Assembly (NCBI GenBank): GCA_012295275.1
Contig: CM022665.1
Span: forward strand, 41,230,001 to 41,294,000
DNA: 64,000 nt
Direction of reading: 5' to 3'
From: Chrysomallon squamiferum
Taxonomy: Eukaryota; Animalia; Mollusca
The translations under genes were made by a program, and so were the position numbers. The notes under the pieces were generated by a model. It saw only the letters and a list, made by a program, of their open reading frames with translations. It searched no databases and had not been told where the DNA came from. Positions 9,853 through 25,620 of this stretch are shown one piece after another. The first letter of the stretch is position 1; each line of letters starts with the position of its first letter.

Positions 9853-11846
9853 TCATCCATCGATCTGCCGCGTTGAGGGTCTCGATATACGAGACGTGTT
9901 GACAGTTCCTAGCTGCGGGTACGACGAGGCATTCCTTGCCAGCATGAAACGTCTGACGTGTCGGTGGGGCAGGCTGCATGAAAACGTCTTGGCCAATCGG
10001 CATGTTTTTTTATGAACGTAGACAGCACCTCCGGGTATCGGGAGATCCTGTGGATCCTGGGGAAAAGAGGGGAAAAAAAAAAATAATAAAAAAAATAACA
10101 TCTTTCAATTTTATTATTGTTATCATTATTATTATTATTTTTATTTATTTATTATTATTATTTTTTTTTTTTTTTATTATTTTTTTTTTACAAAACTGGC
10201 TGTTAGAGTAGTTTTGGACGTTCGCATGTATGTATGGATGTATGCTGGGCTCCAGATCTAGGGTTTCTAGCCGGATCTACATGGATGAATCCTAGAAGCT
10301 CCGGCAAGTCATTAAATCACTAAGTTGTGGTGTATTTGTTTACATATTGGTATATATATTATTTCTGCATCACAAGATGTTTGTGTATGTGCTGATGTAT
10401 GTATGGTTAACTGATGGTTAATTACCTCTACGTCAAATCGCTTCAGCCTGGAAATGCTTTCTTTGCTCCTGCAGGTAGTTGTTTTAATTGTCTTACAAAA
10501 ATCTTTAATCCTGTTCTCCAGATGTCTCAGATTCTTGTCGCTGGTTTCCCAGTCTATGAACTCTTCATTATCGTTCTCAGAACTGGAACACACGAGTCGA
10601 CGGCTTCCTGGCAGACGATTTTTCAGGGATGACATATAAACAGCTCTTAATCTTTCGTCTAACTTCATCTTTTGGATTTCCTGCAGTTCTTGGAAGACAT
10701 TCACGATCGTCTCTTCATCCAAGACGTCTCCACTTTCATTTTCTGAGTCGTCTGGGACGGCATCGCATGGAGTTATCCGTATCCCAGATTCACTGGTTTT
10801 CGGCCGCTTTGCTAACGAACCCGAAGACTTGGACTTAAACATTTGAGGACAGCAGCTGATAGACCGTACGAACGCTTCAACATCTAGAACTTCGGCCTCC
10901 TGTACGACCCTCTGATGGCCGAGAAGTTCTCGTTCGGCTTCGACGTTGTTACGAAGTTTGCCAACACTTCTAGGAAGCTTTTGAGTCATGTTTCCGCTTA
11001 TATCATTTAATCTGGCGTTTTCTAACAGTTTTGACTCAGTCATGCGCAGTTTCGAATCCGATTTTTTCCTGTAATATAAGGAGTCTTGAACGTACGGTTC
11101 TATCATTGGCACCTTGTCCTTAAGAAATAGTTCTACAAGGTATCTGAGTTTCGGGTCTTTCGATTCCTCTGCTTTAAGCTTCTGGTTGTCTGATTTTGGT
11201 ATGAGAGTACTAGCCAGTGATAACAGCTCACCAAACAACGGTATTGACACTGATTTAGGAATTTCCATTCTTCGGATCAGTCTTCTGAAAACTCCGATCT
11301 TTAGCATCTCCATTGTTCTCATTTGCTTTCGAAGAACTAATCTCTCAAAGTTCTTGGCGTTCAGAACAAACACTTCGGTATCAGTTGTCGCAATGACTGT
11401 TCCAATATTCGTATCCAGATTCAGCACCATTTCGATATCACCTGCGAATACAGAGTATACGTGAAGTTTTTTTTTTTTTTTTTTTTTTTCTAGAATTAGC
11501 CACTAATGGCGGTCGATTTTAATTTATGCTTAAAAGCAAAATCACTGTTTGTAAGTTTCTGAGCATCATTTTATAAAAAGAAGTATAATGAAAAAAAACA
11601 ATAAACATTTTAACATGAAAGATAAAACGAATTTCGACAATGTTTTTTTGCTCCCCTTTAACAGAGATTTATGTTCACTTACCAACAATCTCATTTTTAC
11701 ACACATAGCAAAGATCGATGAATTTATTCATTACAAGCTTCTCGGCTGCCACGTACCCTTCTTTTCTCTTGACTTGAATGTAACGTGACGTCACACCATC
11801 AGACTTTGATCTTTGTATGAGCTGACGATTTGCAGGTTTTCTGAAA

Positions 11847-11896
<50 letters not shown>

Positions 11897-14800
11897 AGAA
11901 GAAGATCAATACGTAATGTGTGAGAGAGAAAACAACAACAACAAAAAAACAAAAACGGCTGTTGCAGTTAGAACATTAAAAACAATTTCCACACTTTCAT
12001 TCTAGTAATTAATCTCTTAACTATTCAGCGTTCAGAATTTAGTACTGCAATAAATCTTATCCTTGTAATAAAACACTGATTGATGATACAGGGATTGATA
12101 AAATTAAAGTACATAAATAAACGTAACAGAATTCATCACATTTATGTATGTTTTTTTTTATTTTTATTTTTATTTTATTTTTTTTTCGGTTTCACTACAC
12201 AGAATACAATTTATCTTAAGATAATAAAAACTATTCCGTTTAATGTTTATACAAAGGGATAACATTTAATTTGGAAGAAGCAATATCGATTATCATTATT
12301 ATGAAATAAATTTGCATCATCATTGTAGCCTTCATAGAAGTACTCAAATAAGTGCTGCTTACATTTGCTGAAAGCGGCTGAAAAACATCACTCTACATGT
12401 TGAATATTTTGCCTTATGTGTACGCCATTTTGAACATACAGCAATATTAATGAAATATCTGTCAGAGCTTGAAAACAAATACTCACTTAATTTTGTTTTC
12501 GTTCCATTCGCTTGGTTTCAGAAAACCTGGGTACTGGATCAAGTGTTTCGCTGGTTCAATCACTACTTTAGCGTGACCACTATAATAAAAATTATAATAG
12601 TCAGCGTTAATGGATTTTTTATGTGTATATTTCTTTGTGTATCTGTGAGCTCGCTTAGTTAATGTATGGGAATGTGTTATTTTATTTAATGTGTGTAATT
12701 ATTATTATTATTATTATCATCATCATCATCATCATCATCATGGTCATCATCGTCATCGTCATTATAAGCAGCATTAGCATCAACATTATAATTATTATTG
12801 TCGTTGTTATCATTTGTTATTATCTATAAGCTCGCTTATTTAAAGTTTGGGAATGTGCAATTTTATTTAATGTGTGTAATTATTATTATTATTGGTGGTG
12901 GTGGTGTTGTTGTTTTTGTTATTGTTTTACTTTTCGATATACGGTGCGAGGATTCGATAGAAATGTCCTTTTTAATGCACACTTTAGAACTTATTATTTT
13001 AGCGCAATACTTTTGTATTAACAAAAACACTGGCTGTTAGTAGCTAAACTAACTAACTAAATTTATAAATAAATAAACTTAATAATAATGCTAATAAATA
13101 AAAGACAAAATACACACACATAAATACATATATATATATCTATTTTAAAAATAAATAAATAAATAGAACAAAATTAAATTAAAATTAATAAATACAAATG
13201 TCTGCACATAATTACACATTACTGTGAGAATTCGGAATCATCAAAAGTCATTAGTTACTAAGCGAACGCTTAGTCTAGAACAGTACAGTGAACATTTAGA
13301 AATATTTTAATATTACATCATTACCTCAGAATAAAAACCAATCCTTTACTGAGTTCCCCTTGTTTCATGATGACTGACCCGTACTTGTGCACCTCTTTAA
13401 TCAAGCTCATCTGCAGAAGTCGCTGAAATTTTGGCGTCCAGAAATTAAATAAAGGACATTTTTCTACAAACTTTCGTCTCTCCTCGTAATATTCCTCCTG
13501 TTTTACCTGATAAAAAAAAATAGATAAATATATAAATAAATATAAAGAAGAAAGAATTAATAATAAAAACCATGAGGATGATAACGATGATAATAATAAT
13601 GATACCTAAGAACAAATGCTTTATTATTAACACCCTTAACTATCAAAAATCATTACAGTTATCAATATTTTTGATAAAATGCTGCGTGGAAATTATCCTT
13701 CTGCCTTTAAGGGGTATTCTATGAGTGTCTTCTCGTACATACAGCACGGCCTTTGATAAACGAGTACTAACTAGGGTACTGACTGGAACGAGAAATTAGG
13801 ATCATTGATCGTGAATCCAATTAATGCCTCTACTGATGGCTCTGTCAGTCTTGCCGCAGTTGTTTCACTAATGATTTTTAAAAGACAAAGAAATAACCGA
13901 TAATCTGACATACTTACCGGCACTAAGCAAACAAGAAATATTAAGTTAGAAGAATCAAACCGGTAAATGAACAGTAAACTAGCGGAAAGATTAGAACTGG
14001 ATTAAATGTTGTGTGTGTCACTATAGTGTTCACTGAGTGACTAGAAAGTTCACTTGCAGGTTTTACGTCAATTATTTAAAATGGGGAAAAAAAAAAAAGT
14101 CAGAGATATTAGACTTCACTCTACTGTCAGAAAACCGTCCAGAATAAAACAAAGAAAATGGCTCCGTTTTTATATTGGCATATTTTGTTCATGTCTAAAT
14201 ATCAATATAAAAAAAATCAATAATAATAATAACAGTTAAGAAATTTAAAATAAATGAAAGAAATTTTTTAATTTGATAAAGATGCTGTTATTTATAAAAC
14301 TGAATTATGCTGCCAAATGTAAATTTGTGACAGAAACTGAGAATATCGAAAGTATTATTTTAAGTGGTGTGTATGTGTGTGTGTTGACTGTGAATATATA
14401 GATATATCTTTAAAATGTTCTTTTTTTGTGTGATGTTCGGTTCTGTAAAAATTACTAAATTAAACAATTAGTTTATTTTATATTCTCAGATAAAACGCGA
14501 GATTTATGACGTAGTCTATGGCGTGGCAGAAGAGGATTTCGTCTGCTGCACTTTAATTTGATAGATAATAACATGCAGCAGCTATTAATTTACAGATCTC
14601 TTCAAGCATTTGTAAACAAATGTTCATAACGTAGTCTATGGTGTGGCAGAAGAGGATTTCGTCTGCTGCACTTTAATTTGATAGATAATAACATGCAGCA
14701 GCTATTAATTTACAGATCTCTTCAAGCATTTGTAAACAAATGTTCATACTTTACATTTCAGTTGTAACTTACACCCATCCCCCCAACGCGGCAGACAAAC

Positions 14801-15495
14801 AGAATCGCGCCTAATTTTAAGACATGTCAGTTGTAAACTTATTATTCTCCATTTATTTATAACACTTATTCACCCCCTCACCTTCAGAATAAATTAACGA
14901 CGGAAATAGAACAGGCTTGAATTCTCTGAAACGTGAAGACGAGCAAATGACCTCTTTTTGGGGGGAGTGGGGGGTGGGGGTGGGGGTTGATATAAACATA
15001 CATCTTAAACTTAGAAACGCAGACGTCAACACCGTCAAACTGGAAAAAAAAAAAGTAGAGTCGTGATGAAGTACCATGTTGGTTTTATTAATACAGATAA
15101 AACATTTGAAATCGCCGTGTGTCACTCGGTGAAAATCAAACGCCGACAAAAAGATATTATCTCCAGGATCATGTAACCAGATTTACTAGCAGTCTATGGC
15201 ACCTGATTCAACCGATAAATCAGTTTAATGTTTTAAGTTTCAACATTTATTAATTGATTACAAACATTTTAAACTTCTGACACAATTGTAGTCTTCAAAG
15301 CACGGTCATTTCTTCAACAGCAGTAAAAAAAAAAAAAAAATTTTTATATGTGTAGTTTCAGAGATAGGCATTTTGATATATCAGTCATGAGGAAATGGTT
15401 AGGATGTTCCTAAATGCAGTCTTTTTCCCCATTTCCACAAAATCTCGACGTAGTCTCTCTGCCAAATGTCATCCTATTTGATTTTCTTCTTCTAC

Positions 15496-15532
<37 letters not shown>

Positions 15533-18309
15533 GTTACTTAATATAGCAACCACCTAGTGAAAACTGGTGGGGCGTTGTTAAACAAATATTTATCAATTCA
15601 TTCCGCTGTCGTATATCAGTATCGTTATAAATTTGAATTATTTACTTAATGTAATGATTACGTCATGGTAGCGCCAACATACGTGATCCGTCAACACAGT
15701 AATACATTTCATAGCTGAAAAGTGCTCGAGTTAGTTGCACAATAAGAACGTGTTGACATGTGTATACATTATTATTAATATAAACACGAATTTTTTTATT
15801 TTTTATTTTTGGATTATGGCTATATGAAGAAACTGGTAAATACTTTTTTTTTTATTTTTTTTTTTTTTTTTTTTTACGTCTGCCCAATTCATTTATGTAA
15901 GGTCATAATATACGTAGTTTGCTTAACTAAGTGACATATTTGGAAGTCAAAGGAGAAATCTTTATTTAATAACTAAATCATATATATATATATATAAAAC
16001 ACACACACACACACACACACATACACTTTTAAAATATAATAATGATAATGATAATAATAATAGTAATAATAATAATAATAGTAATGATAAAAATGATGAT
16101 AATAAGTGATTGTAAAATAGTAAAAAAGAGAGAGAAAGTATACGATATATTATCAACCATATTCATTGTCTTAATAAAAAAAAATAAATAAATAAACTAA
16201 AAAGATTTGACACTGCCGGTACTCTTGACGACCTCATAAAGGACCTCGTGAATTTAAATGAGGGGGTCTAAAAAAAAATATATTTTAAATTTTTTTTTGT
16301 TGTGATTTCTTTGTAATGTATATTTTCACGTCCAAACAAGCTAACTGAATTCTATATTTACAGAATAAAGATAGCAATTAAAAGAAAACTCAGCATATTA
16401 TAATAACTATTTTACGTGTCAAATATAGGTTTTTCTAAAGGCTTATACATAAAGAGGAAACCCGCTGCTTTTACTCCGCGACTATTCTTAACCGCAAGGA
16501 ATATTTTTTTATGCTTGTTCTTTTAAACTGGAAAGTAATTATCTAGAACGGCGCGTGCGGTCTTTCGTTAAATTGAATAAATATCCTTTTCATGAACATC
16601 CATTGTCTGTTCACAGTATTTTTATAATTATTAGTCAATATTAGTCAATATAGAAAGGCAGAAGAGATCTAAAAGTGATTTTGATATTTTACATCACTCA
16701 TTTATTTATATTTATAAATGAATATACCTTCATCGATCGTTCAAACAATTCCCTAGATATTACGAGTAGATCCGAATCCTCGTCGGCTATTACCGTCGCA
16801 TTCCTTACGGAGTTTTCTCCGAGCAAGGCAACTTCCCCAAATCCATCGCCACCATCTGAAAAATACAGATACACAAAGATTAATTTTTAATAAGTTTGTT
16901 TTTTCATCTAACCGGTGAATTATCATTCTATAATAATAATAATAATAATAATAAATAATAATAATAATAATAAATAAATAAATAAATAAATAAATAAAGA
17001 TTTTGTTTTCTACAAATATTTTTCCAAACGATACTGTTTTGCGAATGCATACTTATCATTACGAATTTTAGGGATGGCAGTTTTGTAAATACGTCAACGG
17101 AGAAGACATTTATTAATATTAAATATATTAAATGTATTTATACATCACTAGCGATAATAAATTATATAACAAATATATTACTTCACTTATTAATAACTGC
17201 TCACATCTTAATATATGTTTGTCTATTACATAGCCTACAATTAATGGTTTATAAATACTACATGCTATTCTTAACAATTTACGTAACAACATGCACATAT
17301 GTAGGCCAAAACTTTTTTTTAATGATGTTTATGAAAGATAATCTTTACTCCTATTCCCTGATAAAATAACAAAAACAGTTTCTTAAAGTTTGTATTTAAT
17401 ACTTTACATACTTTTTTTTTTTTTTTTTTTTTGTTGTTGTTGTTGTAATTTATATAACATCACGTATGCGGTACGCTCACAATAAATTTATACATTAGCT
17501 ACGTGCTGTACGACCAAATAATTATTATATGTGTATTATTAAGAAAAATTCGTACTAAGTGTACACGGCATAATATTGAATATTAAGCCTCGGTACACAA
17601 ATCATTAACTATAATAGATATGTAACACAAATACCTATACCATGACAGCAACACGTATCCGCCATAGAAAGTTTGAATTTAAAAATGTTAATGCACTGGT
17701 GTTATATATGGGTGTGTCCCATGAACCACAGTGGAGTTTGACAGTAAATAACACAAAACAACGATAGGAAGGCGACTCTTTGTTTATTCACACTTTGATA
17801 ACAAAGTTCGTCTGTCTCTACTTAGTATGAACACATGAACAAAACAGACTGGATGGAACTATTTTCATTCGAACGCGACTTCATTATTAAACCGCAGTGC
17901 GTAACGCGATATCCCGGTGTGTTTTTACTACTGACGGGGTACTTAATTGTTTTCAACACGTATGGGAAAACTTGTGTTTCTAAATAAACAAAACTAATAA
18001 TGATTTTCTTCGCAATAAAAACATGGCCTGTGTGAACAAAATGGACATCAAAAGTGTGATATGCGTGAAGCTGTTTATTCCTACGCCATTTGTTATTACG
18101 TTGTTCTTTTTCTTTGTTTATTCTGTATTGATACTGTAAATATAACCTGTGTTATTGTAATAATATTGTCTTTGATATTCGTATTTTATTAAAATTAAAT
18201 CATCTTCGTTTTCCATTGTGGTATCTATCGTTCATACTTTATTACAATTATATTAGCTTTGTTTTTACAATATACGCGTGCCTAATGCCCCCCCCCAAAA
18301 TTTTTTTTA

Positions 18310-18348
<39 letters not shown>

Positions 18349-19763
18349 TAAAAAATATAAAATATTCGAATAGGTTGAAGCAGTTATTATACACTCCCCT
18401 TTTCAATAATTAAGTTTCCCCAATAAAACAATTCTGACGAGACTCGAAAATGGATAGAAAAAAGTGCACCAGAGGGCGTCACGAGTTTCAAAATTTTCCT
18501 CCTCTAGGTATGTACAATGCTTTTAACACAAAACAGCAAAATACTTCTAAAATAAGTTCGGAAAACGTCGAAAAAAAGTTTAAAAAGACTTTAAAGTTTT
18601 CGTGTTAAACATATATGAAAACAACTACAGATTTAAATAGGAAAATGGTTTCATCGGACCAGAAGTGTATTATTATTCAACACGATTTTGAATGTAATAC
18701 AACTGCTACGTTTATCATTCATAGAACATTAACGAACATCTAAAATAAATACAGTGACATTTCTCAAAACCGGGCCCTGACTACACTGGAATTTCACTCA
18801 AACTACAATTTCCGACGTCCCGTGATTTTTCATATACTTATATGTAAAACCTCAGTAAATCAAACACTTCTACTAATCAGTTTTTCCTGGGTCCAGAAAC
18901 TGTTCGGTTTATAATGCACTTTCAAAGATACGGTAACATACAAATATTTACACAAAATTAATATTAACACTAGTTGTAGTAGTTGCTGTTGTTAATTGTA
19001 TAGAAGTACTACTACTAGTAGTAGCAGATACTATTGTTGAAGCATAATAAATAATATTATAATTGTAATAGTGGTAGTAAAGTAGTAATGTTAGTAGAAC
19101 TGTAGCAGTCTAGTATCAGTAATACTAACACTAATACTATTAGTAGTAGTTTTAATAGTAGAAATAGAAGTAGTAGTAGTAGTAAAAAAAAAGTAGTACT
19201 AGATGTAATAGCGTATATGTATACTTAGATGCATTATATAATAAGCGCTTATGCATGTTAAACAACAGACTGGCTTAAATGTATATGCATCAAGTTATAC
19301 AGATTTCATCATCTAAAATCATTTTGCCATACAGATAGAAAGAACACAAATTATTAATTAGAAACAGAACAAATAAATAAATAAATAAATAAATAAAACA
19401 CTTACTAAAATACATTATGAATTTTCCGTACTGTGACCTATCAGACGGTTTTTTCTTTTTGGCGGTCTTTCGCTTAATGTCGTCTGTTAGGTATTCCACC
19501 GATGGCGGCAAATCATTGTCTGATTTTTCCGTGTCGATGTAGACGGAGGTTCGGCCACTGATCAAAACGTAGAAACTGTCGAAAAGAAATTAATCATGCA
19601 ATGAATAATATATACCAGGGTCGTAATATAGAGTAAATAACATTACTTGAATGAAGGTTCAGCCTTAAATGGTAAGTGTAAGGAGTGATTTTACAGGGGT
19701 TGTTGAGGGATGGGATGTTGTAAATACTCACAGATGTAGAACATATTTCATTTATTTAATTTC

Positions 19764-19831
<68 letters not shown>

Positions 19832-20412
19832 GGATAGAGCAACATTACCCATGTATTTAATTTTATATAATGTTAATAATAATAACAACAAAACAGAAGC
19901 AAAGACGACAACAACTATACTACCACTACTACTACTACTACTACTAATAATCCTCAACTTTTATATTTTATTCTTATGTAACCGTATAAAAATTTAAAAA
20001 TTAAAAGTATATCATTTTCAGTTAACGATATTATGCAGCAGTAATAAGTATCTTAATATGCAACCGTCTTTGTGTTGATCCATTTATAGTCAGTACAGTC
20101 GTAAATAACAATAACTTTATAAAGCCCTCGTATATCAAAAATAAACCTTAGATAGATAATAACATTGATTAGCTACTCAACGGTTATTGCATGAATGCCA
20201 GAAGCTACGAGTGTAAAGTAAACACCACAAATTAACTTCCCTACTAACATTGCCATTTGTAGTAAACACGTCCATAAATGCAGACTAAAAACAGTGATAA
20301 ATAGCTTTCCCAGAGATTGACGATGACGATGAACTACAGTATAATTATGTCTTTATATAATATAAATATACAAATATATACATATACATACATACATACA
20401 TACATACATACA

Positions 20413-20446
<34 letters not shown>

Positions 20447-21087
20447 CATATATATATATATTTCATGTAAACTCTCATGTGATGTTTTAAGTGTAATGGT
20501 ATGTGTTGCCCTGACAAGAGAATTCGCACATAACTTCATTAAATGTTAAACGATGCGATTAGAATCAGGAGTACGGACAAGGGGTTTTCTTTCATCGTTG
20601 GAAGAAAAAAATTAATAATAATAATAATAATTTTTTTTTTTAAAAGTACCCCCACTCCCACCCCACCCCACCCCAAAAAAAATATACACTCGGAAATCAT
20701 TGCTGCTGGATTGCTGTCCCACTATATTATCATCGAAAATCATCTTTAGCACGAACTGATAGTATAAAGTCTCTCTATATTAAATAACACAATTTCCAGT
20801 CATTCGTTCATTTGGTGTCATCCATAAATTCATAAATTTGTTTCGTTCGTTCGTACGTCTGTTCGCCCTATTCCTTCGTACGTACGTTAGTTCGTTTGTT
20901 CTCGCCGCCTAAGGTGGATTAAGCAAAATAAGTAAAATATGGTTCAAAATCTCCAAATGGTGCGGCTGAACCAGGGTCCACAAATGCGGGCCCCAACAAT
21001 AAATGAAGAAAACAACAACAACAACATACATACATATAAATTAAATACAATGATAAAAATTATAATTTATTATTGTTTATATTTTGA

Positions 21088-21138
<51 letters not shown>

Positions 21139-23243
21139 TACACAAAAACCCCACAGAGACTAATTTTTTAGTGCTTAATGCGTCTAGAGATCTTAACCCT
21201 GCCTTACTGATGGCTTTGCACGAATGTACTTATTTTGTAGACAGTTTTGGAGTGTTTGATCAGGAAAAACAGTATACAGTGCGAATCAGTATGGCTCCGT
21301 TAGAGTAATATTTTATCAGTTCGTGCAAATGTTCAGACGAAATTGTGTTTTTATATATAAACAAGTAAGATTAAGTTATGGCCTGACTTAGCTGAATCGA
21401 TCGAGTAGACATCATATAGCGCTTAAACTACTCCACCGAGCTGCCCTGAAATTGATAGCGAACTACGCCTTCTAGATCAAATATTTTTCAATATGTAAAA
21501 ATGGTAACATCAGTCTGCAGAATAGTATGGAGGGTGAGGAGACTACGCGACATGAATTAAATTTAAAACTACACAGCGGTAACACGGGCTGAATAAAATC
21601 TGTACGTTAGTTGCTTATCAAAAAGTATCAATAAATGTAATTAACAGTGTAATTATCATCGATCAGGAAAAAATTAATAATAAATAATTCATATTACTGA
21701 AAATAATAATTAAATATTTATATTACTAAAAGCAATAATTAATAATTTATACTACAAATATGAATTAAAGATGATTAGTTAGACTAACAAAATACATACG
21801 TTTTTCTAGAGTTACATGTTTGTAAATGTATAAAATGTACTCTTTTAAAAAGCAAAAAGTTCCGAACCAGTCTGACATTAAACCACAGATGAATGGACGT
21901 CATCAGTTTCTCGATAACGTCATAACTGGTTGCCTAAACTTAAAAGTACTTTTTTTGTAAAGATATATCGATTGGAATATAACCAAGAATATTTGTATCA
22001 AAGTACGACTGATACTAATATATTCTTAGTTTTTCACTGTCTTTAGAAAGGGCAAATTTACGATTTCTCAAACAAAAGAAATCTTTTGCCTTTTACTTTA
22101 TCAGAGGGGGTAACCATGGCTTCAGAAAGTGAGGTGCGCTGTTATTGTGGTGGATGTAACTTAAAGAATGAGTTTTACTTCACAATCAAAATGAACCGCA
22201 GATTTATCCCACCCGCATTTGACATAGCCTACGTTTTAATTCAGTTGTTTTTTCTGTTTATACCAGAATCGCAAGACATTGTGATCTGACAGGTCAGCCA
22301 TTGTGCGATACTATCGTGTAGGCTAAGCAGTCTACGACACAACATGACTTCGTCTACGACATCCAGCTGACAAAAATAATAAGGTTACTAATTAATGTAT
22401 TTGACACTACTGTTCATTAATTGTATTTTTATTGTAATTACCAGTTTTAATGTGACATTTAGCCTCAATCTCACCAGGACAGTTCCAAGTATGAATACCC
22501 TGTTAATTGACACCTATCGGAATGGGAATCGGGTGGGTCTTGGTTTCACAAAACTCCCTTCTGTATAGAATGTCCACGTGCGTGGTCTACGTGCCTTAGA
22601 TGTTATTAAGGAGTTGTATTTTATACATGTCATGTAACATTACGGATAATAATAATAAATCAGATGACACATTGAGTATATGCTTGGTTAAACAATTTGC
22701 GTGAGAAACATATTCGTAAGGATGCAAAACAAATAGAATTTGCGTGAACAGAAAAATACGAAAACAACAGTTGCTTAACCTTAATAGTAACAACAAAGGT
22801 GATCGTATAATGAATTTAAAAAAATATATATAATAATAATAATAACAATAATAGCAACAACAACAAGAACGATAACAAGAAAAAGAAGAGAAATAAGACG
22901 AAGAAGAAAAATATAATGACTAACAGTCATAATAATAAAATAAAACTGAACAAGAGAGAACAAGAACATAAATCTAGAGAGAAACACAAAGCCATTCTTA
23001 CCATTTGCCTGGTTCTCCCTGTTTAATGATGACGTCATTGGTTACCGCTTTCATGTATTCACAGTGCTTCACAACATCGTGTAAGACGTCTGAAATAAAT
23101 CAGAAAATGTATAACGTAAACTTGACATCATTTGTTGTGCTCGATTCGAGAAGAAAAGGAAATTAAGTGCGTATAATCGATAGTACTCTAAAATTAGGAT
23201 TTTTCTTTCCTAAATAACAACACAACAAACAAAAACAGAACAA

Positions 23244-23274
<31 letters not shown>

Positions 23275-23305
23275 CAAAAACAACAACAACAACAACAACA
23301 ACAAC

Positions 23306-23343
<38 letters not shown>

Positions 23344-25247
23344 CAATTGAACAAATATAATAAGAAAAAGAAAACAACCCTAAAATAATAATAAATAAAT
23401 AAATTTAAAAAAAAAAGAAGAAAATAATAATAATAATAAAAAATAATAAAATAATTAAAAATAAACTTAGAGAAAACAATACGGTGATTTAGAAGAGAGT
23501 GGGACAATTATTATTTATTTCTTTGTTTTTCTAATTAATAATTAAGCTACACATTGAAAGTTATGCTTACAATATTCAGTGTAAATGAACAAAATTTGCC
23601 AATAAATTCATTAATGGAAACTAAAACAGAATTTTGTTTTTCTTTTTAGATTATTTATTTATTTACTTCTTCTTCTTCTTATTATTATTTTTTTTTTCCT
23701 AAGAATAATTAAAACAAGTTAAATAAATAAATAAATTAATAAAACGTTTTGACATGTCAAAGATTCAGGAAAAAAATAAAGGAAAAGATAATTTTAATAT
23801 TCGATGCTGTTTGATTAAGCATTTTATTATCTGTAACAGCAACAGCAGCGTCATTAGAAAAAAATAACTGTAATGACGAAAATGATAATGGCAGCAACAA
23901 CAGCAACAACAACTTGCAATAATAACACAATGACAAGGAAACGACTGACTACAACAACGTCAAGGCTATATAAAAAAAGAAAGCTATATTAATAATAATG
24001 CACGTGCAAAACGTGTTTGTGGGAAAGAACGCAGACGGCCTCTAAATTAGACCATGATCACAGAATTACAATCAATGTTCTGTGATTAATTACGGGGAAA
24101 CGTGCGGAGGTGCGCTGTTTTGGTTTTGACCAGTCGATTAATTATTCCCGAAGTCTGCCTGCGCGGTAAACGATTTTCAGTTTAACTGCACATGATCGAC
24201 TGATCTAAAATGCATATTAATATTGATTTTGTAATTTCTAATCTAATTTCGACGATACCTATGAAATTAATCATGGGCACATTTCTGGAAAATGATTATA
24301 TTAGCATGAAAAAAAAAAAAAAAAAAAAAAAAAAAATGTCCAGACAGAGAAAACGTTTCTCATTTTGAGACGCGGTTTGGAAATTCTTTCTGAAACAGAA
24401 TAAAGCAAAAGAAGTATGTATTCACGGTACAAGTAAACACGTATTGTGTTGTGTCGTTGTATTTATAATAATTATATTTTTCGAGATGCGGAATTGTTTA
24501 AATATTTTGCCTCAGTAATAGTCAGTTGATTTATTTTCGTATTTATAAACTAATTTATCTAATTAAGAAGCAATGTAGGAAATTTAGCTTTTCAAAAGAT
24601 GACGTATGAAAACATGTTGTCGCCCAAAGATGGATCCAAGAAGAAAGCGCAAATCGGACGCCCATTTCTATTTATTATTATTTTTATCATCATCATCATC
24701 ATTAATTATTTATTATTTTTATTTTTTTATTATTATTATTATTTTTTTTTTTTTATTGTCAATTTATTTATCTGTGTATGTTTATGTGTAGGTCTGTGTG
24801 TGTGTGTGTGTGTGTGTTTGCTATTTTTTTAAACGCGTCTGTCTTTGATCATTATTTCCAGATAAATCTCTGGAACTGAATGAATGCAATAATATGTATT
24901 AATAATATTTCAGCGAATTTTAATATTAATCATAACAACTACAACAAAAACATCAACAACAATGATGATATGATGATGATACAAAAGTGAACACCTACCA
25001 GAATAGCACTATTGGTTATCATTAACAGGGATCCTTTATACACAACTTGACCAAACAGGAAAAAACGATATTTTTAAACTTGTCTCATTAACTCAACATC
25101 AATGTTTTCAATGGATTATTTTTATTTTCAGCCAGTACCTAACAAATGTTTCATAAAACATCATTGTATGTTCTTCTTTCCTGCATATGGGTAGGTTTAC
25201 ATAAAAAAAAATCCGTTGCTGATAATTGATGGTTACTTTATGATGTG

Positions 25248-25333
<86 letters not shown>

Positions 25334-25620
25334 ATCGTTATATCAGAAACATATCTGTTATCTAAAACAATAAATATTAAAAGTATACAAATATTAATTC
25401 ATTCATTCGTAGACAGTCTGGTTGGTTGATTCGTTCGTTCGTTCGTTTGTTCATTCCTCTTACCCGCTTGTATGCCGTTCAACAACTGACTTTTCTTCTT
25501 CAGCCACTCTTTTACAATTTCGATCTCGACAGAATCTCTCTGTTCTGGAGGTTTTTTCAGCAAGATGGCCACTCGCCGATGTGTCAGATTTCCCATTTGA
25601 AACAATCTTTCACTCTGCAT
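9853..25620 (-). CDS. Cyclic nucleotide-binding domain protein with two CNB domains (CNBD2-like), about 731 aa, 9 coding exons
   Basis: Exons 25620-25464, 23089-23002, 19575-19406, 16855-16728, 13506-13325, 12579-12487, 11840-11683, 11441-10426, 10056-9853; all GT-AG and phase-consistent. Motifs VIIKQGEPGKCFYVLISG, FGEVALL...RNATVIA (canonical phosphate-binding cassette), second domain VIMKQGE...IVGDIEMV. Start codon uncertain (25620 or 25596). Confidence 0.88.
14509..14748. repeat. 2 x 120-bp tandem duplication (intronic)
   Basis: acgtagtctatgg(c/t)gtggcagaagagg...tgttcata repeated with one mismatch seen. Confidence 0.95.
18751..18920. mobile_element. Degenerate Tc1/mariner-like MITE remnant
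   Basis: TA|CAGTGACATTTCTCAAAACCGG left end and a decayed TTCGGTTTA right end. Confidence 0.3.
19768..19827. repeat. (GA)n microsatellite
   Basis: direct reading. Confidence 0.95.
25252..25329. repeat. (CT)n microsatellite
   Basis: direct reading. Confidence 0.95.

Noticed and set aside
16445-16515. GAGGAAACCCGCTGC segment reminiscent of a mollusc SINE core; tRNA-like fragment near 21375..21447
   Set aside because: Too short and degenerate to support without a repeat library
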